NCBI RefSeq assembly: GCF_009914755.1 | Contig: NC_060936.1 | DNA length: 64,000 nt | Direction: 5' to 3' (one strand) | Source of the DNA: the human T2T-CHM13v2.0 reference genome, Homo sapiens | In this document: positions 1-13,079 of the stretch, piece after piece | Position numbering within the stretch: the first letter of the stretch is position 1 | How the letters are laid out: each line of letters starts with the position of its first letter | Program-made: the position numbers and the translations under genes | Notes under the pieces: model-generated | What the model was told of the DNA's origin: nothing | The model's input: only the letters and a program-made list of their open reading frames with translations | Databases searched by the model: none

Positions 1-1159
1 TTCGATTTGTTTTTGTTTGTTTAACAGAAATATTTTACTGCTTGGAAAAGACCGTTGATTTATTGTAAAATTATTGAATAAATTGAGGAGTAGATTTTAA
101 GCAACCTCCTTCCACACACTAACATGTTGCTCTGAGTTAATTTACCAACATCCATGTAAACTAAGTGTTTGGAGATGCTTTTGGGGTGACAAATCATCTC
201 TGGCCTTTGACAGGAGAGATTCCAATTCATTTCGCTTTTCCTGTGGGGAAGGCTGGTCACAAAAAGACTTAACTATATTACCTTTTTATATTGTATTATT
301 ATCATTACTGAATGTAATATACTGTTTCATAGTTTACAGACTGTTATAAAACATTAATAGTTGGAGGTAGAATTCACTAATAGAACAGGCAACCTTGACA
401 TGAGTTTAGATCAGTTTGTGTCCCCAGAATATAACTCTTCCGTATTAGCGAGGCCTCCTTTGGTTGCCTATAATGAAGATAACTCTAGGTCATTTAATTC
501 AAAGAAAAATTGATTAGAATCAGCACTTATCTGAACTCTACATGCCATACAAATATGGATATGTCTGTTTTATTTTCTAATTAAGCTTTCAGTCCACCTG
601 CTTTTCATGTTAATAGGAAATCCAATCTCTCCTTGAAAGAGTTCTCTACTTCATGAATTGGGCTTCCTCCATCCGAAGGGATCAGACCTGTTTCCAAATC
701 CACCACCATCTATCATAAAGGTCCTAGTTATCTTAAACCTGAAAAGGGAAGAGATTGTAATCAACCTCTCTCTCATGAGGTGCCTTGCCCCTCAGCCTGC
801 TTCTAGATAGCACTTACCTCTGCATATTAGGATATTAGGAGACAGCCTCCAGGAGGGACAGCATTAATTGGACCACAGGATGCTCTGTACCCTTCTCTAG
901 GGCCTTGGGTGTCTTGTCAATTTTATATTTTCATAACTTAGAAGCAGTACTCAAGTGTTTTGAAAAAAATCAGAAAAAAACTGCTCCTGAGTGACTTTCT
1001 GTGTCTACTAGACAAAGGAGTGGTGGCTGGCAGTTTTTCTTATTTAAAAACAAAAAAGTGTATGTGTTTGCACACATGTGCACGTGTGTGTATGTCTATC
1101 TGTTTCTCCAGGTACCCCTCTACCAATGAATGGAAGGTTGGCCTATGAGACCCAGAGTC

Positions 1160-1445
1160 AGAGATGCAGCCAGGCCCCCAGTATGGCCTGGAACTAGGCA
1201 CTAGGATGACATCAGACTCTTCACATTTTCCCCACACTCTGCTGTGCAGGCTTTTTTGTTTCCTCTTTTTATTCATTCTGTGAAACATGGTAACTGACAT
1301 CTGGTTTTTAATGTTTCTGGTTCACCTACCCCAAAAGAAAATTCTGTCTTGGTCCTAACGTTACATTTCTATGTGAGGGGCTGTGATTAGCCTGCCTCAG
1401 GTCAGTTGCCCATCTGAGTTCCAATCAATTTTGTTCAAGTGGGCA
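1160..1445 (-). mobile_element. Old MaLR (MLT1K/L-like) LTR relic
   Basis: Antisense MLT1-like text 'tgattagcctgcctcaggtcagttgcccatctgagttccaatcaatt'; a possibly related piece lies at ~441-520. Highly diverged. Confidence 0.35.
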
Positions 1446-1512
1446 AGAACACATTATATAAAATTTTTCCCTGTTGTTTGCAACTTTTAATTAAGGGGCA
1501 GATTCCAATTCA

Positions 1513-4500
1513 TAGAGCCGTTATGTTCAATCGTATAGGTTGCGCACTACACCAGAAAGTCACATCAGATCACTGTTCACATCACAGATATCTTCTTCAT
1601 ACTGTAACATGTCAGTATTTTTACTATACCTGTTGACTTCAAAGGTGAACTATTTACAATTTATGTTGACAATTTTCTGATAGTGAGGGAGTCTTATTCT
1701 AGAAAAATGAACATATTATGGGAATTTTCTGACTAATGGTGGTAAAGTATGTTATCTAAGACACATATTATATATATATATACATATATATACACACATG
1801 CGCACACACACGCATAAAATTCCATACCACATTAACTTATGAAAGAGGAGCAAGTTTGATAATTGAGAAACCTTGTTGATCTGATCATATCTAAAATACA
1901 CTTTGCCTCCAAATAAGATGCTGTTTTTATGGCTGATATACTTAGTGATTAGTAAATATTTATGGTTTTAATTTCATATTAATATTAGTACATGGGTAAA
2001 TTAGACATTCTATATTTTAGTTCATTTCATCTGCCATTTGTTTACTGTACTGAATAGTATTTCTGAATTATTAATTTAAGTGTACAAATATTTTATTATG
2101 ATATGAATCACTATGCAAAAACCAATATCTATAAGTCATTGCTAATCTCCAAAGTACTGCATACATATAAATTATAGATTATCATGTAATAATCCACAAA
2201 TTAAATAACTATTGTTTATTTGTTGTTACAAAAAGATTGCCAATTGTTAATACAAAAGTTAATTTCTAATAAAATTTAGCAATATATTACATGAATATAT
2301 TTAAATTTGTTTTAAATGATAAAATACTAAACAAGTTAAAGATATCAAAAAAGGTTTTTTTCAATTGGTTGCTGTCAGAAAACAATTTTAAAAGAAAATA
2401 CAGCTCTTGTAATCACTGAATAAAGTTTCAGAGAAAATAGATACAAAGTTAGAAAAAATTAGAAGTACTTTGGACATCCAAGCACAGGTAGAATGTAATC
2501 ACAGTTACAGTTCAGATGAAGCATGGGTAAATTAACTGTAAATCTACATGAAAACCACTATTATAGAATTAAAAAAAAAGAAACAAGAAAATCACAAAGG
2601 ACTTATATCAAGCATATTGTCTGCTGATTTAAGTACATAGCCTGGATAAGTAAAAAAATTTAGTTTTTCAAATGACAATACTAATATAAAATTTTCAGAA
2701 ATTTATTTAACATAAATTATTCAAAATAATGAATAATTATAAACCCATTATATACTGGTCAGTTTATTTTCTCCAGTGCTTTTGTACTTTTTTATTTTGC
2801 AAACTCTTGAGGGATTAAAAATCAACTGAAGATGGAAAGTGAGTGTACAAATGGAAGCAGTTATAGCATTTTAGCAAAAAGAACAAAGTGAAATACTCAT
2901 TAACAGTAGTATTGTTTATAAACTAAAAAATTTTATAGATGTAATTAGAAATGTTAAAACATTATACAATAGTGATAAAAATATTGACATACTGTTTTTG
3001 AACTTATAATACGTGATTCAGCTTTTGGCAAGTTGAAGTCTACCATCCAGAAAGTCATCCAAGAAGCTTTATGTCTGTGATAATGGACATTTAGAAGAAA
3101 ACCAAAGCCAAATTTGAGAGCACTGTGGCAGAACTTGTATGAAAAATACAAACATTGAAAATAAGTAATATTGCAATACTGCACATTATTTAGGGAATGA
3201 AATGCAAAGCAAAATCCTGAGGAAGGATTATGTATATATTGGTTGGTTTATAAAACTATATATAAATAACAAATCTATACCAAAAAAAGTTTTGAAGCCT
3301 GGAATCCCAAGGTATCCGAATTTGAAAACATGGAAAACATAATGATTGCTACAAAAGATTCTTGAAAAATATTTGAAGGCATTCTAAATTTCTTGTTCTA
3401 TATATTCTTTAAACTTGGTACCAAAAAATGAAGCATAAATCTCTTCTACTATCAGTTTTTCTTTTCTGAAATTATTGAAATGCTATATAATTACTACTCA
3501 TTGGCTTCAATGAAATATTGAAATGTTTTGAAAACATATTTACTAAATGCAAATTTGAACCATTACAGAATACACAATGAGAAAGTCCAGTCATTGCCAT
3601 TATGCCATTAAAACTCAATTAGATGCAGTGTGTGCTCCTATAGAAACTGTTTGTGATATTAATAAAGATGAAAATTACAGAATACAAGCCAAAAGTATTT
3701 CAAAGCTGTATTTATTGAAATGTATTTTCTAAGTTCTAATGGGCCTCAATGTTTTAAGTGAAATGATGTGTTAATCAAAATTCTCTACAGATAATGTCCT
3801 TGAAAGCAGCAAAATAATTCAGAATATTAAAAAGATAGACATGATAATATTTATGAAGTCTATATCGTTGATGCCAAAAATCTTGTATTTTTACAATTAT
3901 GTGAATTTCTCCAACATAGAAAATGTTAGAAAAGGGAAGACATTTTGACATCAAACCCCATTATTTACAATTTAAAACTAAATTTTAAAATAATTTTTTT
4001 GTACACAACAATATCATCTTAAATAAACAGGTGTATGATCATAAAAAATGTGTGGCCTTTTTAATATCCTTGATGACATTTAATTTAAGAATTATGATTA
4101 AACTCTACCAGTAAAACATAATGACTTGGAGACTGAACAAGTGCTTTGCCATGGTTTCTGTCTAAGAGGACAGAGAAAATCTGATTTAACTCAGAGAGGG
4201 CAGGTCTGCAGGAAGATGTGTTTGGATTAACTGTTAAAGAATAACTCCAAACTTAGAAATTACTTTAAAACATTGAGGGTTTATTTATGCAGAAGAAAAC
4301 ACAAAGACAAGGGTAGAACTCACAAGAGCAAAACTCAGAAATTTTCACAAGGAAAAATGATTGGTTGGTTAAACGAAATCTTTACATGTGAGTTCAGAAT
4401 TGGTTGGTTTTAGTGGAGCTTCATGAAGGCCAATTATTGAACCCCAAATCTCTTTGTATGTTTTGCAAGAAGAATGCCATGAAAGAAGACCTTTAAATGA

Positions 4501-4837
4501 AATATTTTTTACTGTACATAAAGAGCACAAGTCAACATTGAAGCAGTCATAAAGAATTTTGTTTATTCTTTATGAAAGAATATGAAAGTGAGAGTTATAA
4601 CTATTTTATCATATATCTTGTAATTCTGAGTTCCTAATTATTGTGACTAAAATTTTCATTATGTGAAAATTTTGTGATTTTATGTTTACTATTTTGATTT
4701 GTATAATTTGAAAATTTACAAAAATGATTTTATATTTATTTTACTTCTTATAGATATATTAAAAATATACTAACTTTAAAAACTCTTAAGTTTGAGAAAG
4801 CCTTCTCCAATTCACATTTAAAGCTTATTTGGGCCTG
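1513..4837 (+). mobile_element. Fossil autonomous hAT DNA transposon (hAT-Tip100 group, Arthur1/Zaphod-like) with a decayed transposase
   Basis: The left end 'tagagccgttatgttcaatcgtataggttgcgcactacac' resembles Tip100-group termini and the right end is '...gggcctg'. Frameshifted hAT transposase motifs are readable on +: FSP..FCKL (~2765-2810), VIQLLAS.SLP...DNGH...AKFE...HYLGNEMQ (~3010-3205), PLKTQLDAV (~3605) and a C-terminal VNIEAVIKNF (~4530-4560). Confidence 0.75.
1765..1814. repeat. (TA)n/(CA)n compound microsatellite
   Basis: tatatatatatatacatatatatacacacatgcgcacacacacgc. Confidence 0.85.
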
Positions 4838-4864
4838 ATGCTATATCCTCCATAGAAAACAGAC

Positions 4865-4972
4865 TGCATATTTAAAATAGCCAAACTTATCCTCAGAGAG
4901 TAAAACGGTGTTGGCCAGGGGCAGGGCAAGTGGGAAATGGGAAGTAGCTGTTCAATGGGAGTTTCAATTATG
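4865..4972 (+). mobile_element. L1M (L1MA/MB) 3' UTR fragment
   Basis: 'aaaatagccaaactt...gggaaatgggaagtagctgttcaatggg.agtttcaattatg' is typical L1M 3' UTR text. Confidence 0.65.
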
Positions 4973-5742
4973 TCTTAATGGAATAAAGGATAAAAATCAA
5001 ACAATTATCTCAAAAGATGCAAAAAATGCATTTGGCAAAACTCAACACCCTTTCAATACAGACAAGTTACATATAGAAGGAACTTATTTCAACACAATAA
5101 AGGCTGTATTTAAAAAGCCCACAGTTAACAAGTGAATTGTGTTAATTGTGTTAATTTAGTGAAAATCTAAAATCTTTTCCTCTAAGATCTGGAACAAGGT
5201 AAGGATGTTCACTTTTGACACTTCTGTTAAATATTGTACTGGAAGTCCTAGCTAGAGCAATTAAGAAAGAAGAAATAAATAAATGTCATCTAAATAAAAA
5301 CAGAAGAATAAAATTATCTCTGTTTGCAGATGACATGATCTCATATATAGAAAACCCTAAATATTTTACAAAAAAAGGTTAGAAATAATAAACAAATTCA
5401 GTAAAGTTGCAGGATACAAAATCAACATACAAAAATCAGTTACATTTCTAGACACAGCACACTATCCAAAAAGGAAATTAAGAAACTTTACCTTTTACAA
5501 TAGCATCAAAAATCATAAAAATCTTAGGAATAAGCTTACTCAGTGAGGTGCACTGAAAACTTGTACATTGAAAGCTATACAGTACTGATGAAAGAAATTA
5601 AAGCAGATACAAATAAATGGAAATAAATCAATGTTCATAGATTAGAAGAATTAATGTTGTTAAAATGTTTATATTACCCAACGTGATTTGCAGATTCAGT
5701 GCAATCCCTATTAAAAGTTGAATGGCATTTTTAAAAATTTAT

Positions 5743-7044
5743 ATTTTTTATTAATTTTAATTTGAAGTTCCAGAGTATATGTGCAGGATGTGCAGGTTTG
5801 TTACATAGGTAAACATGTGCCGTGGTGGTTTGCTCCACCTATCAACCTATCACCTAGGTATTGAGCCCAGCATGCATTAGCTATTTTTCCCAATGCTCTC
5901 CCTCCCCCGACCCCACTCTCCAAGAGGTCCCAGTGTATGTTGTTCCCCTCCCTGTGCCGTCTACGTGTTCTCATTGTTCAGCTCCCACTTGTAAGTGAGA
6001 ACACGTGGTGTTTGGTTTTCTGTTCCTGCATTAGCTTGCTGAGGATAATTGCTTCCAGCTCTATCCATGTGCCTGCAAAGGACATGATCTCCTTTTTATG
6101 GCTGCATAGTATTCCATGGTGTATATGTACATTTTCTTTTTTCAGTCTACCATTGATGAGCATTTGGGTTGATTCCATTTCTTTGCTATTGTGAATAGTG
6201 TGCTGCAATGAACAGATGTGTGCATGAATCTTTGTAGTAGAATTATTTATATTCCTTAGGGTATATACTCTAAGGTATATAATGATGAGGTATATACCCT
6301 AAGGTATATAATAATGAGATTGCTGGGTCAAATGGTACTTCTGGTTCTAGATCTTTGAGGAATTGCCACACTGTCTTCCACAATGGTTGAACTAATTTAC
6401 ATTCCCACCCACCAACAGTGTAAAAGCGTTCCTATTTCTACTCAACCTCACCAGCATCTGCTGTTTCTTGACTTTTTAATAATCGCCATTCTGACTGACA
6501 TGAGATGGTATCTCATTGTGGTTTTGATTTGCATTTCTCTAATGTTCAGTGATGTTGAGCTTCTTTTCATGTTTGTTGGCCACATGAACATCTTTTGAGA
6601 AGTGTCTGTTCTTATCTTTTGCCCACTTTTTAATGAGGTTGCATGTTTTTATCTTGTAAATTTGTTTAAGTTCCTTGTAGATTCTGGATATTACACCTTT
6701 GTCAGATAGGTAGATTGCAAAAATTTTCTTCTGTTCTGTAGGTTGCCTGTTCATTCTGATGATAGTTTCTTTTGCTGCGCAGAAGCTCCTCAGTTTAATT
6801 AGATACCATTTGTCAATTTTTATTTTTGTTGCAATTGCTTTTGGCAATTTCATCATGAAATCTTTGTCTGTGCCTGTGTCGTGAATGGTATCACCTAGAT
6901 TTTCTTCCAGGGTTTTTATAGCTTTGAGTTTTACCTTTAAATCTTTAATCTGTCTTGAGTTAATTTTTGTACAAGGTGTAAGGAAGGGGTCCAGTTTCAA
7001 TTTTCTGCATATGGCTAGCCAGTTCTCCCAGCACCATTTATTAT
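5743..7044 (-). mobile_element. 5'-truncated L1PA (about L1PA8-10)
   Basis: T-rich tail followed by antisense L1PA 3' UTR. ORF 6539-7108(-) gives the ORF2 C-terminus ([22 protein letters not shown]). No clear TSD. Confidence 0.93.
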
Positions 7045-7121
7045 ATGGGAATCTAAAATTTATGTGGAACCACAAAAGACCCTGAATCACCAAAGCAATT
7101 TTGAGCAAGAAGAAATCTGGA

Positions 7122-7406
7122 GGCCAGGCTCCATGTCTCAGGCCTATAATCCCAGCAATTTTTGAGGCTGAGATGGTATAATTGCTTGAGTCCAGGAGTT
7201 CACAACCAGCCTGGGCAAAATAATGAGGTCCTGTCTCTACAAAAATAAAACATAAAAAATGTGCTGGGTGTGGTGGTACACACCTATAGTCCCAGCTGAG
7301 GTGGGAGGATCACTTGAGCTCACTGGTGGAGGCTGCAGTGAGCTAAGATCATGCCACTCTACTCCAGCCTGGGTGACAGAGCAGGACTCTGTTTCTAAAA
7401 GAAAAA
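7122..7406 (+). mobile_element. AluJ
   Basis: Dimeric Alu with J-type 'gaggctgcagtgagct'; TSD AAATCTGGA at 7113-7121 and 7407-7415. Confidence 0.93.
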
Positions 7407-7474
7407 AAATCTGGAGACAGTATGTTTGCTTATATAAAAATACGTTACAAAGCTAGACTAATCAAAACAGTATG

Positions 7475-9747
7475 TGATACGGTTTGGTTGTGTCCCAACC
7501 CAAATCTCATCTTGAATTGTTCCCATAATCCCCATATATCACGGGAGAGACCTGGTGGGAGGTAACTTAATCATGGGTGCAGTTACCCTTATGCTGTTCT
7601 CATGATAGTGAGTGAGTTATCATGAGATCTGATGGTTTTATAAGGGACATTCCCCCCGCTTCTTCTGCACTTCTCTTTGCTGCCACCATGTGAATAAGGA
7701 CATATTTGCATCCCCTTCTGCTATGATTTTAAGTTTGCTGAGGCCTTCCAGCCCTGCAGAACTGTGAGTCAATTAAACATCTTTCCTTTATAAATTATGC
7801 AGTCTTGGGTATTTCTTCACAGCAGCATGAGAACAGACTAATACAGTGAATTGCTACCACAGAGAGTGGGGCACTGCCATAAAGCTACCCAAAAATATGG
7901 AAGGGACTTTGGAACTGGGTAACAGGCAGAGGCTGGAACAGTTTGGAGAGCTCAGAAGAATACAGGAAAATGTGGGAAAGTTTGGAACATCCTAGATACC
8001 TGTTGAATTGCTTTGGCCAAAATGCTGATAGTGATATGGACAATAAAGTCTAGGCTGAGGTGATATCAGATGGAGATGAGGAACTTGTTGGAAACTGGAA
8101 TAAAGGTGATTCTTGCTATGTTTTAGCAAAGAGGGGCAGCATTTTGTCCCTGCCCTAGAGATCTGTGGAACTTTGAACTTGAGAGAGATGATTTAGCATA
8201 TCTGGTGGAAGAAATTTCTAAGTGGCAAAGCATTCAAGAGGGAGAAAACATGAAAGTTTGGAAAATTTGCAGACTGATGATGTGATAAAGAAAACCTGGT
8301 TTTCTGGGAAGAAATTCAAGCCGGCTACAAAAATTTGCATAAGTAACAAGGAGCCAAATGCTAATCATTAAGACAATGGGAAAAATGTTCCCAGGGTATG
8401 TCAGAGACCTTCATGGCAGCCCCTCCCATCACAGACCCGGAGGCCTAGGAGAGAAAAATGGTTTCATGGGCTGGGCTCAGGTCTCCCTGCTCTGTGCAGC
8501 CTTGGGACATGGTGCCCTGTGTCCCTGCTGTGGCTAAAAGGGGTCAATGTACAGCTCAGCCTGTTGCTTCAGAGGGTGCAAGCCACAAGCCTTGGTGGCT
8601 TACATGTGGTGTTGAGCTTGTAGGTGCACAGAAGTCAAGAACTGAGGTTTGGGAACCTCTCCCTAGATTTCAGAGGATGTATGGAAATGCCTGGACATCC
8701 GGGCAGAAGTTGCTGCAGGGGGCAGAGTCCTGATGGAGAACCTCTTCTAGGGTAGCATGGAAGGGAAATGTGGGGTCAGAGCCCCCACACAAAGACCCCA
8801 CTGGGGGACTGCCTAGTAGAGCTGTGAGAAGAGGGCCACTGTCCTCCAGACCCCAGAAAGGTAGATCCACTGACAGCTTGCACCATGTGCCTGGAAAAGT
8901 TGCTGACATTCAACACTAGCCTGTGAAAGAAGCCAGGAGCAGGGCTGTACCCTGCAAGCCACAGGGACAGAGCTGCCCAAGGCCAGGGGAGCCTGCCTCT
9001 TGCATCAGTGTGCCCTGCATATGAGACACAGAGTCAAAGGAGATAATTTTGGAACTTTAAAATTTAATGACTGCCCTATTAAATTTTAGACGTGCATAGG
9101 CCCTGTAGTCCCATTGTTTTGGCCAGTTTCTGTCATTCGGAACAAGTGTGTTACCCAATGCCTGTACCCCCATTGTATCTAGGAAGTAACTAACTTGCTT
9201 TTGATTTTACAGGCTCATAGGCAGAAGGGACTTGCTTTGTCTTGGATGAGGCTTTGGACTTGGACTTTTGAGTTAATACTGAAATGAGTTAAGACTTTGG
9301 AGGACTGTTGGAAGGGCGTAATTGTGTTTTGAAATGTAAGGACAACAAGATTTGGGAGGGGCTGGGTCAGAAGGATATGGTTTTGCTGTGACCCCACCCA
9401 AATCTCATCTTGAATTATAGTTCCCATAATCCCCACATGTTGTGGGAGAGACCTGGTGGGAGACAGTTTAATCATGGGTGTGGTTGCCCTCATGCTGTTC
9501 TCGTGATAGTGAGTAAGTTATCATGAGATCTAATCATTTTATAAGGGGCTTTTCTCCCTCTTCACTCTGCCCTTCTTCTTTCTGCTGCCATGTGAAGAAG
9601 GATGTGTTTGCTTCCCCTTCTGCCATGAATGTAAGTTTTCTGAGGCCTCCCCAGTCCCACAGAACTATGAGTTAATTAAACTCTTTCCTTTACAAATTAC
9701 CCTGTCTTGGGTATTTCTTCATAGCAGCATGAGAATGGATTAATACA
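7475..9747 (+). mobile_element. Complete THE1 (THE1C/D) MaLR provirus: 5' LTR 7475-7845, internal region 7846-9372, 3' LTR 9373-9747
   Basis: Two similar ~370 bp LTRs (tgatacggtttgg...ctaataca) around THE1-int sequence; perfect 5-bp TSD GTATG at 7470-7474 and 9748-9752. Confidence 0.96.
7563..7573 (+). promoter_or_regulatory. DUX4-type motif TAACTTAATCA in the THE1 5' LTR
   Basis: Matches the DUX4 consensus TAAYYBAATCA, and THE1 LTRs are known DUX4 targets. Binding at this copy is not shown. Confidence 0.5.
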
Positions 9748-11118
9748 GTATGGTACTGGCATAAAAACAGACATATAGACCAATGAAACAGAATAAAGAG
9801 CCCAGGAATAAATCCATTCATATATAATCAAACCTTGTATATTGTTGGTGGGTGTGTAAGTTTGTGCAGCTCTTATGGAGGGCAGTATGGAACTTCCTCA
9901 AAAAATTAAAAGTGAAACTGCAATATGATCCAGGCATCCCATTTTTAGGTGTATATCCAAAGGCATCAAAATCAGAATCTCAAAGAGATATCTGCACTTC
10001 CATGTTCACCTTCATGTATCATCTTCATTCATCTGCACCTTCATGCAGCATTATTCATAATAATGAAAGCATAGTAGCAATGTAAATATTCATCAGTGGA
10101 TGAAATGATAAAGAAAACATGGTGTATACATACAATGAAATATTATTCAGTCTTAAGAAAAGGGAAATTCTGCCATTTGCTACAACATGGTGCACCTGGA
10201 AGAATTATACTAACTAAAATAAGCCAGATACAGAAGGACAAATACCACATGATACCACTTATATCAAGAATCAAAAATAGACAAACTCATAGAAGCAGAG
10301 AGCAGGATGGTGATTACCAAGGCTTGAGAGAAGATGAAATGGGGGGATTAGTCAAAGTGTGCAAGATTTCAGTTATGCAAGTCCTAGAGATCTCCTGCCC
10401 AGCATAGTGCCTATAGTTAACAATGCTGTATTGTACACATAAAAATTTGCTAAGAGGGTAGATCTTAAGTGTGCACACACATGAATAATAATAATAATTA
10501 ACAAAAAGGGTGGGAGGAAAATTTTGGAGGTTAGGGATATGTTTATGGCATATATCGTTGGGATAATGTCATGGGTGTATATGTATCTGCAAACTCATCA
10601 AGTTGTGTACATTAACTATGTACACGTTTCTGAATGTTAATCATGCCTAAAGTGGTTTAAGAAAAAGAAGTTCATAAGAGCAAGTTTACAATAAAACATT
10701 TTAACTCTTAAATTTTATTTCGCTTAAAAATAGTGCATTAAACGAGTCGCAATAGCATTTTAAACATCTTGACGTGAATAATAATAGATACTATGAAATT
10801 AATTTCCAATTGCTTTTAATCCTAAGACACTACTGTTGCCTTAATTACTGTGGTGGTCATAAAGATGAGAAGAGAAAAAAATGCCAAAGGCCCATGGATT
10901 GTCATAGAGAGAAGTCTTGGTCCCTTTCATGTGTGTGTTCTATTAGGCTTATTGCCTACAAAGCTCATTCGAATGTCTTTTCACAGTGCTTTGAGTTGTA
11001 TTGGAATTATTTTCTCTACCCTTTTTGTTAAAGAAAAACAAAACAAAAATATAAATGATTTTGGTCAAAGTCTGACTGCATGTCTTCCTAATATTGTAGC
11101 AAATCATCTAGCAACTAA

Positions 11119-11172
11119 CAGCCTTGTGCCTAGCACAGGGTAGGTACTCAATAAATATTTGTTGCATAAATT
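11119..11172 (+). mobile_element. L2 3' end
   Basis: gtgcctagcacagggtaggtactcaataaatatttgttg. Confidence 0.75.
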
Positions 11173-13031
11173 CAACAATAAAATTTTATTCATGGAGCGA
11201 GATCAGTATTTACTGTGACATCCTTAAGTTTCAAAGGTTAGACCAAGAACATTGTTGCTTGAAACAAAAAATATTCGTTTCATGTTTGCAAATATTTTGA
11301 TGATACTTTTCTGCTTTGTTGGAAGATGCAATTGAGTCCTTGAGATTAACTTGCCTCGTGTCCAAAAGATAAAACCTAGTGTCTGAAAATGTCAGTTACT
11401 CAATGTCATTTACGTCTTCATTCAAACATTTTGTGACATTAGAAACTTTTTTTCATCTGTGAGGATAAAATCTGAAAAATCAGGTGGAATGAAAAGTCAT
11501 TCCAAAGTTTTAATGAGACATATCAAGGGTGAATTATTTCATTTCTTCTATTCACTTTTATTCCTGTTAACATGCAAGTAATTTTGCAGGTATTCTGTGT
11601 TTTCTTTGATGCAAGTTGGGACTGAGTTTGCATCTGGGGTGGTAGCCCTAGAATGCTGGGGTGCATTCTGGGAACAGCTGCGTTAAGCACAGGTACGTGG
11701 GGACAGTTCTGGTTCTACTTCCCTGCTGGGCTATGTCACCTGTGACAAACGCTCCTGTGGGCAAGTCTTCTTTGCTACTTGTCCCTGCAACTGCCCCAAC
11801 AAAGGGCTGCTCTCCATCTCCCATCCCTCCTCTGCCAGATGTGGCTGCTTCAGCCCTTTGCCAACCCAGGGCTTCTTTTAGCCCTAATCAGAGTACCTGG
11901 AGTTCACAGCTTCTGATTTGGAGGAGATCTCATGTGACACTAATCATTGCTGAAACCACCATGTCTGCTTCCAATACTTTATTCTTCAAAAGCAAAGTGA
12001 GAGAGAAAAAAAGAGAAAAGGAAAGGGAGGGAGATGAAAGAAAGGAAGAAGGAGAAGAAAGAGTGAGATTCGTCTCTTCACTTTCTAGCTAAAGCAGAGA
12101 AACAGCATAAGCTCCATCAAACCTAGTGAAAAACAACAGGAGTGACTCACTAAATCTCAGTGTGCTTAACTTTTGTACAGGGAGAATTCATCATGGGGGA
12201 AGGATTACTCTAGGTCTTTGTGATTGCTATGGCTCTAACACAATGGTTCCCACATAGCAATTGTCAAATATTTGTGGATTAGCCAGCAGGCAGGTAGAGC
12301 AGCTCTCCTCCAAATCAGCATTCATAAGAATTGCAGTTCCATTTGCACTTCTCATGTTTACTAAATACACATTTCAATAGAGTATTGTACTCATAGCTGA
12401 TTTTATAGTGTGGTTTTCAGACAATTTTAATCTTTTTTGATTCAGGATACTAAAATGCATACCCAGAAAGCAATGTTGGAAAATATGGGAGATAAATTCG
12501 TGAGTATGAAGTGAGAGGAGGGGAAGGTGGGTGCACCTGGAAAATACTGTTGGATCTCATTGCAAGAAGAAGTCTAATTCTAGCTGTCAGTGTCATGTTC
12601 ATGTTCACCCATCACCAATTTCAATAGCTTAGAAAAATTAAGCCTCTTTAAATGAGCAGTCTGAAAAAATCACTTTGAAAGGAAATGGCAAAAATTTTTG
12701 ATAAACTTTTTTTGTCATATGAAAGTTTGATTCTCCTATGTAAATTCTCAAAGGCAGGTGGTAGTTTATCAAAATGCAGGAGTTAATTTATATTGTCCAA
12801 GATAATCTGCTTTATCATTTCTTTATCTAAAGGAAAGGATAGTGATTTAAGTTTTGCTTTTAAGTCATCAGTGTTGGCAAAAGCCTTGTAAGATACAGAT
12901 CTAACCCCTTTTCTCCTTGCTTCCACCCCACACACATATCCCCAGGTTCTGCCAAATTCTTTTGGCAGAAGCAGTCTGGAAACTCTATCTAGAAATTCAA
13001 TTCTAAGGTCTAAAGCATTCCAACTAACTAG

Positions 13032-13032
<1 letters not shown>

Positions 13033-13075
<43 letters not shown>
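13033..13075. repeat. (AC)21 microsatellite
   Basis: Perfect AC run; probably length-polymorphic. Confidence 0.98.

Positions 13076-13079
<4 letters not shown>

Larger units (their letters stand above)
4975..10670 (+). mobile_element. 5'-truncated L1MA (L1MA9/10-like), split by L1PA, AluJ and THE1 insertions, with an internal deletion at ~9832
   Basis: ORF2 RT text (LFADDMI at ~5320-5340). Pieces 4975-5735, 7045-7121, 7416-7474 and 9753-10670 are collinear, and an L1MA-type 3' UTR occupies 10100-10670. Confidence 0.85.

Noticed and set aside
6539-7108. 189-aa minus-strand ORF
   Set aside because: It is a chance fusion of antisense L1MA with the L1PA ORF2 end.
11661-12092. 143-aa ORF in a GC-richer patch
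   Set aside because: It has a non-ATG start, no recognisable domain and ends in a purine-rich low-complexity tract. The patch may be an old repeat that I cannot name.
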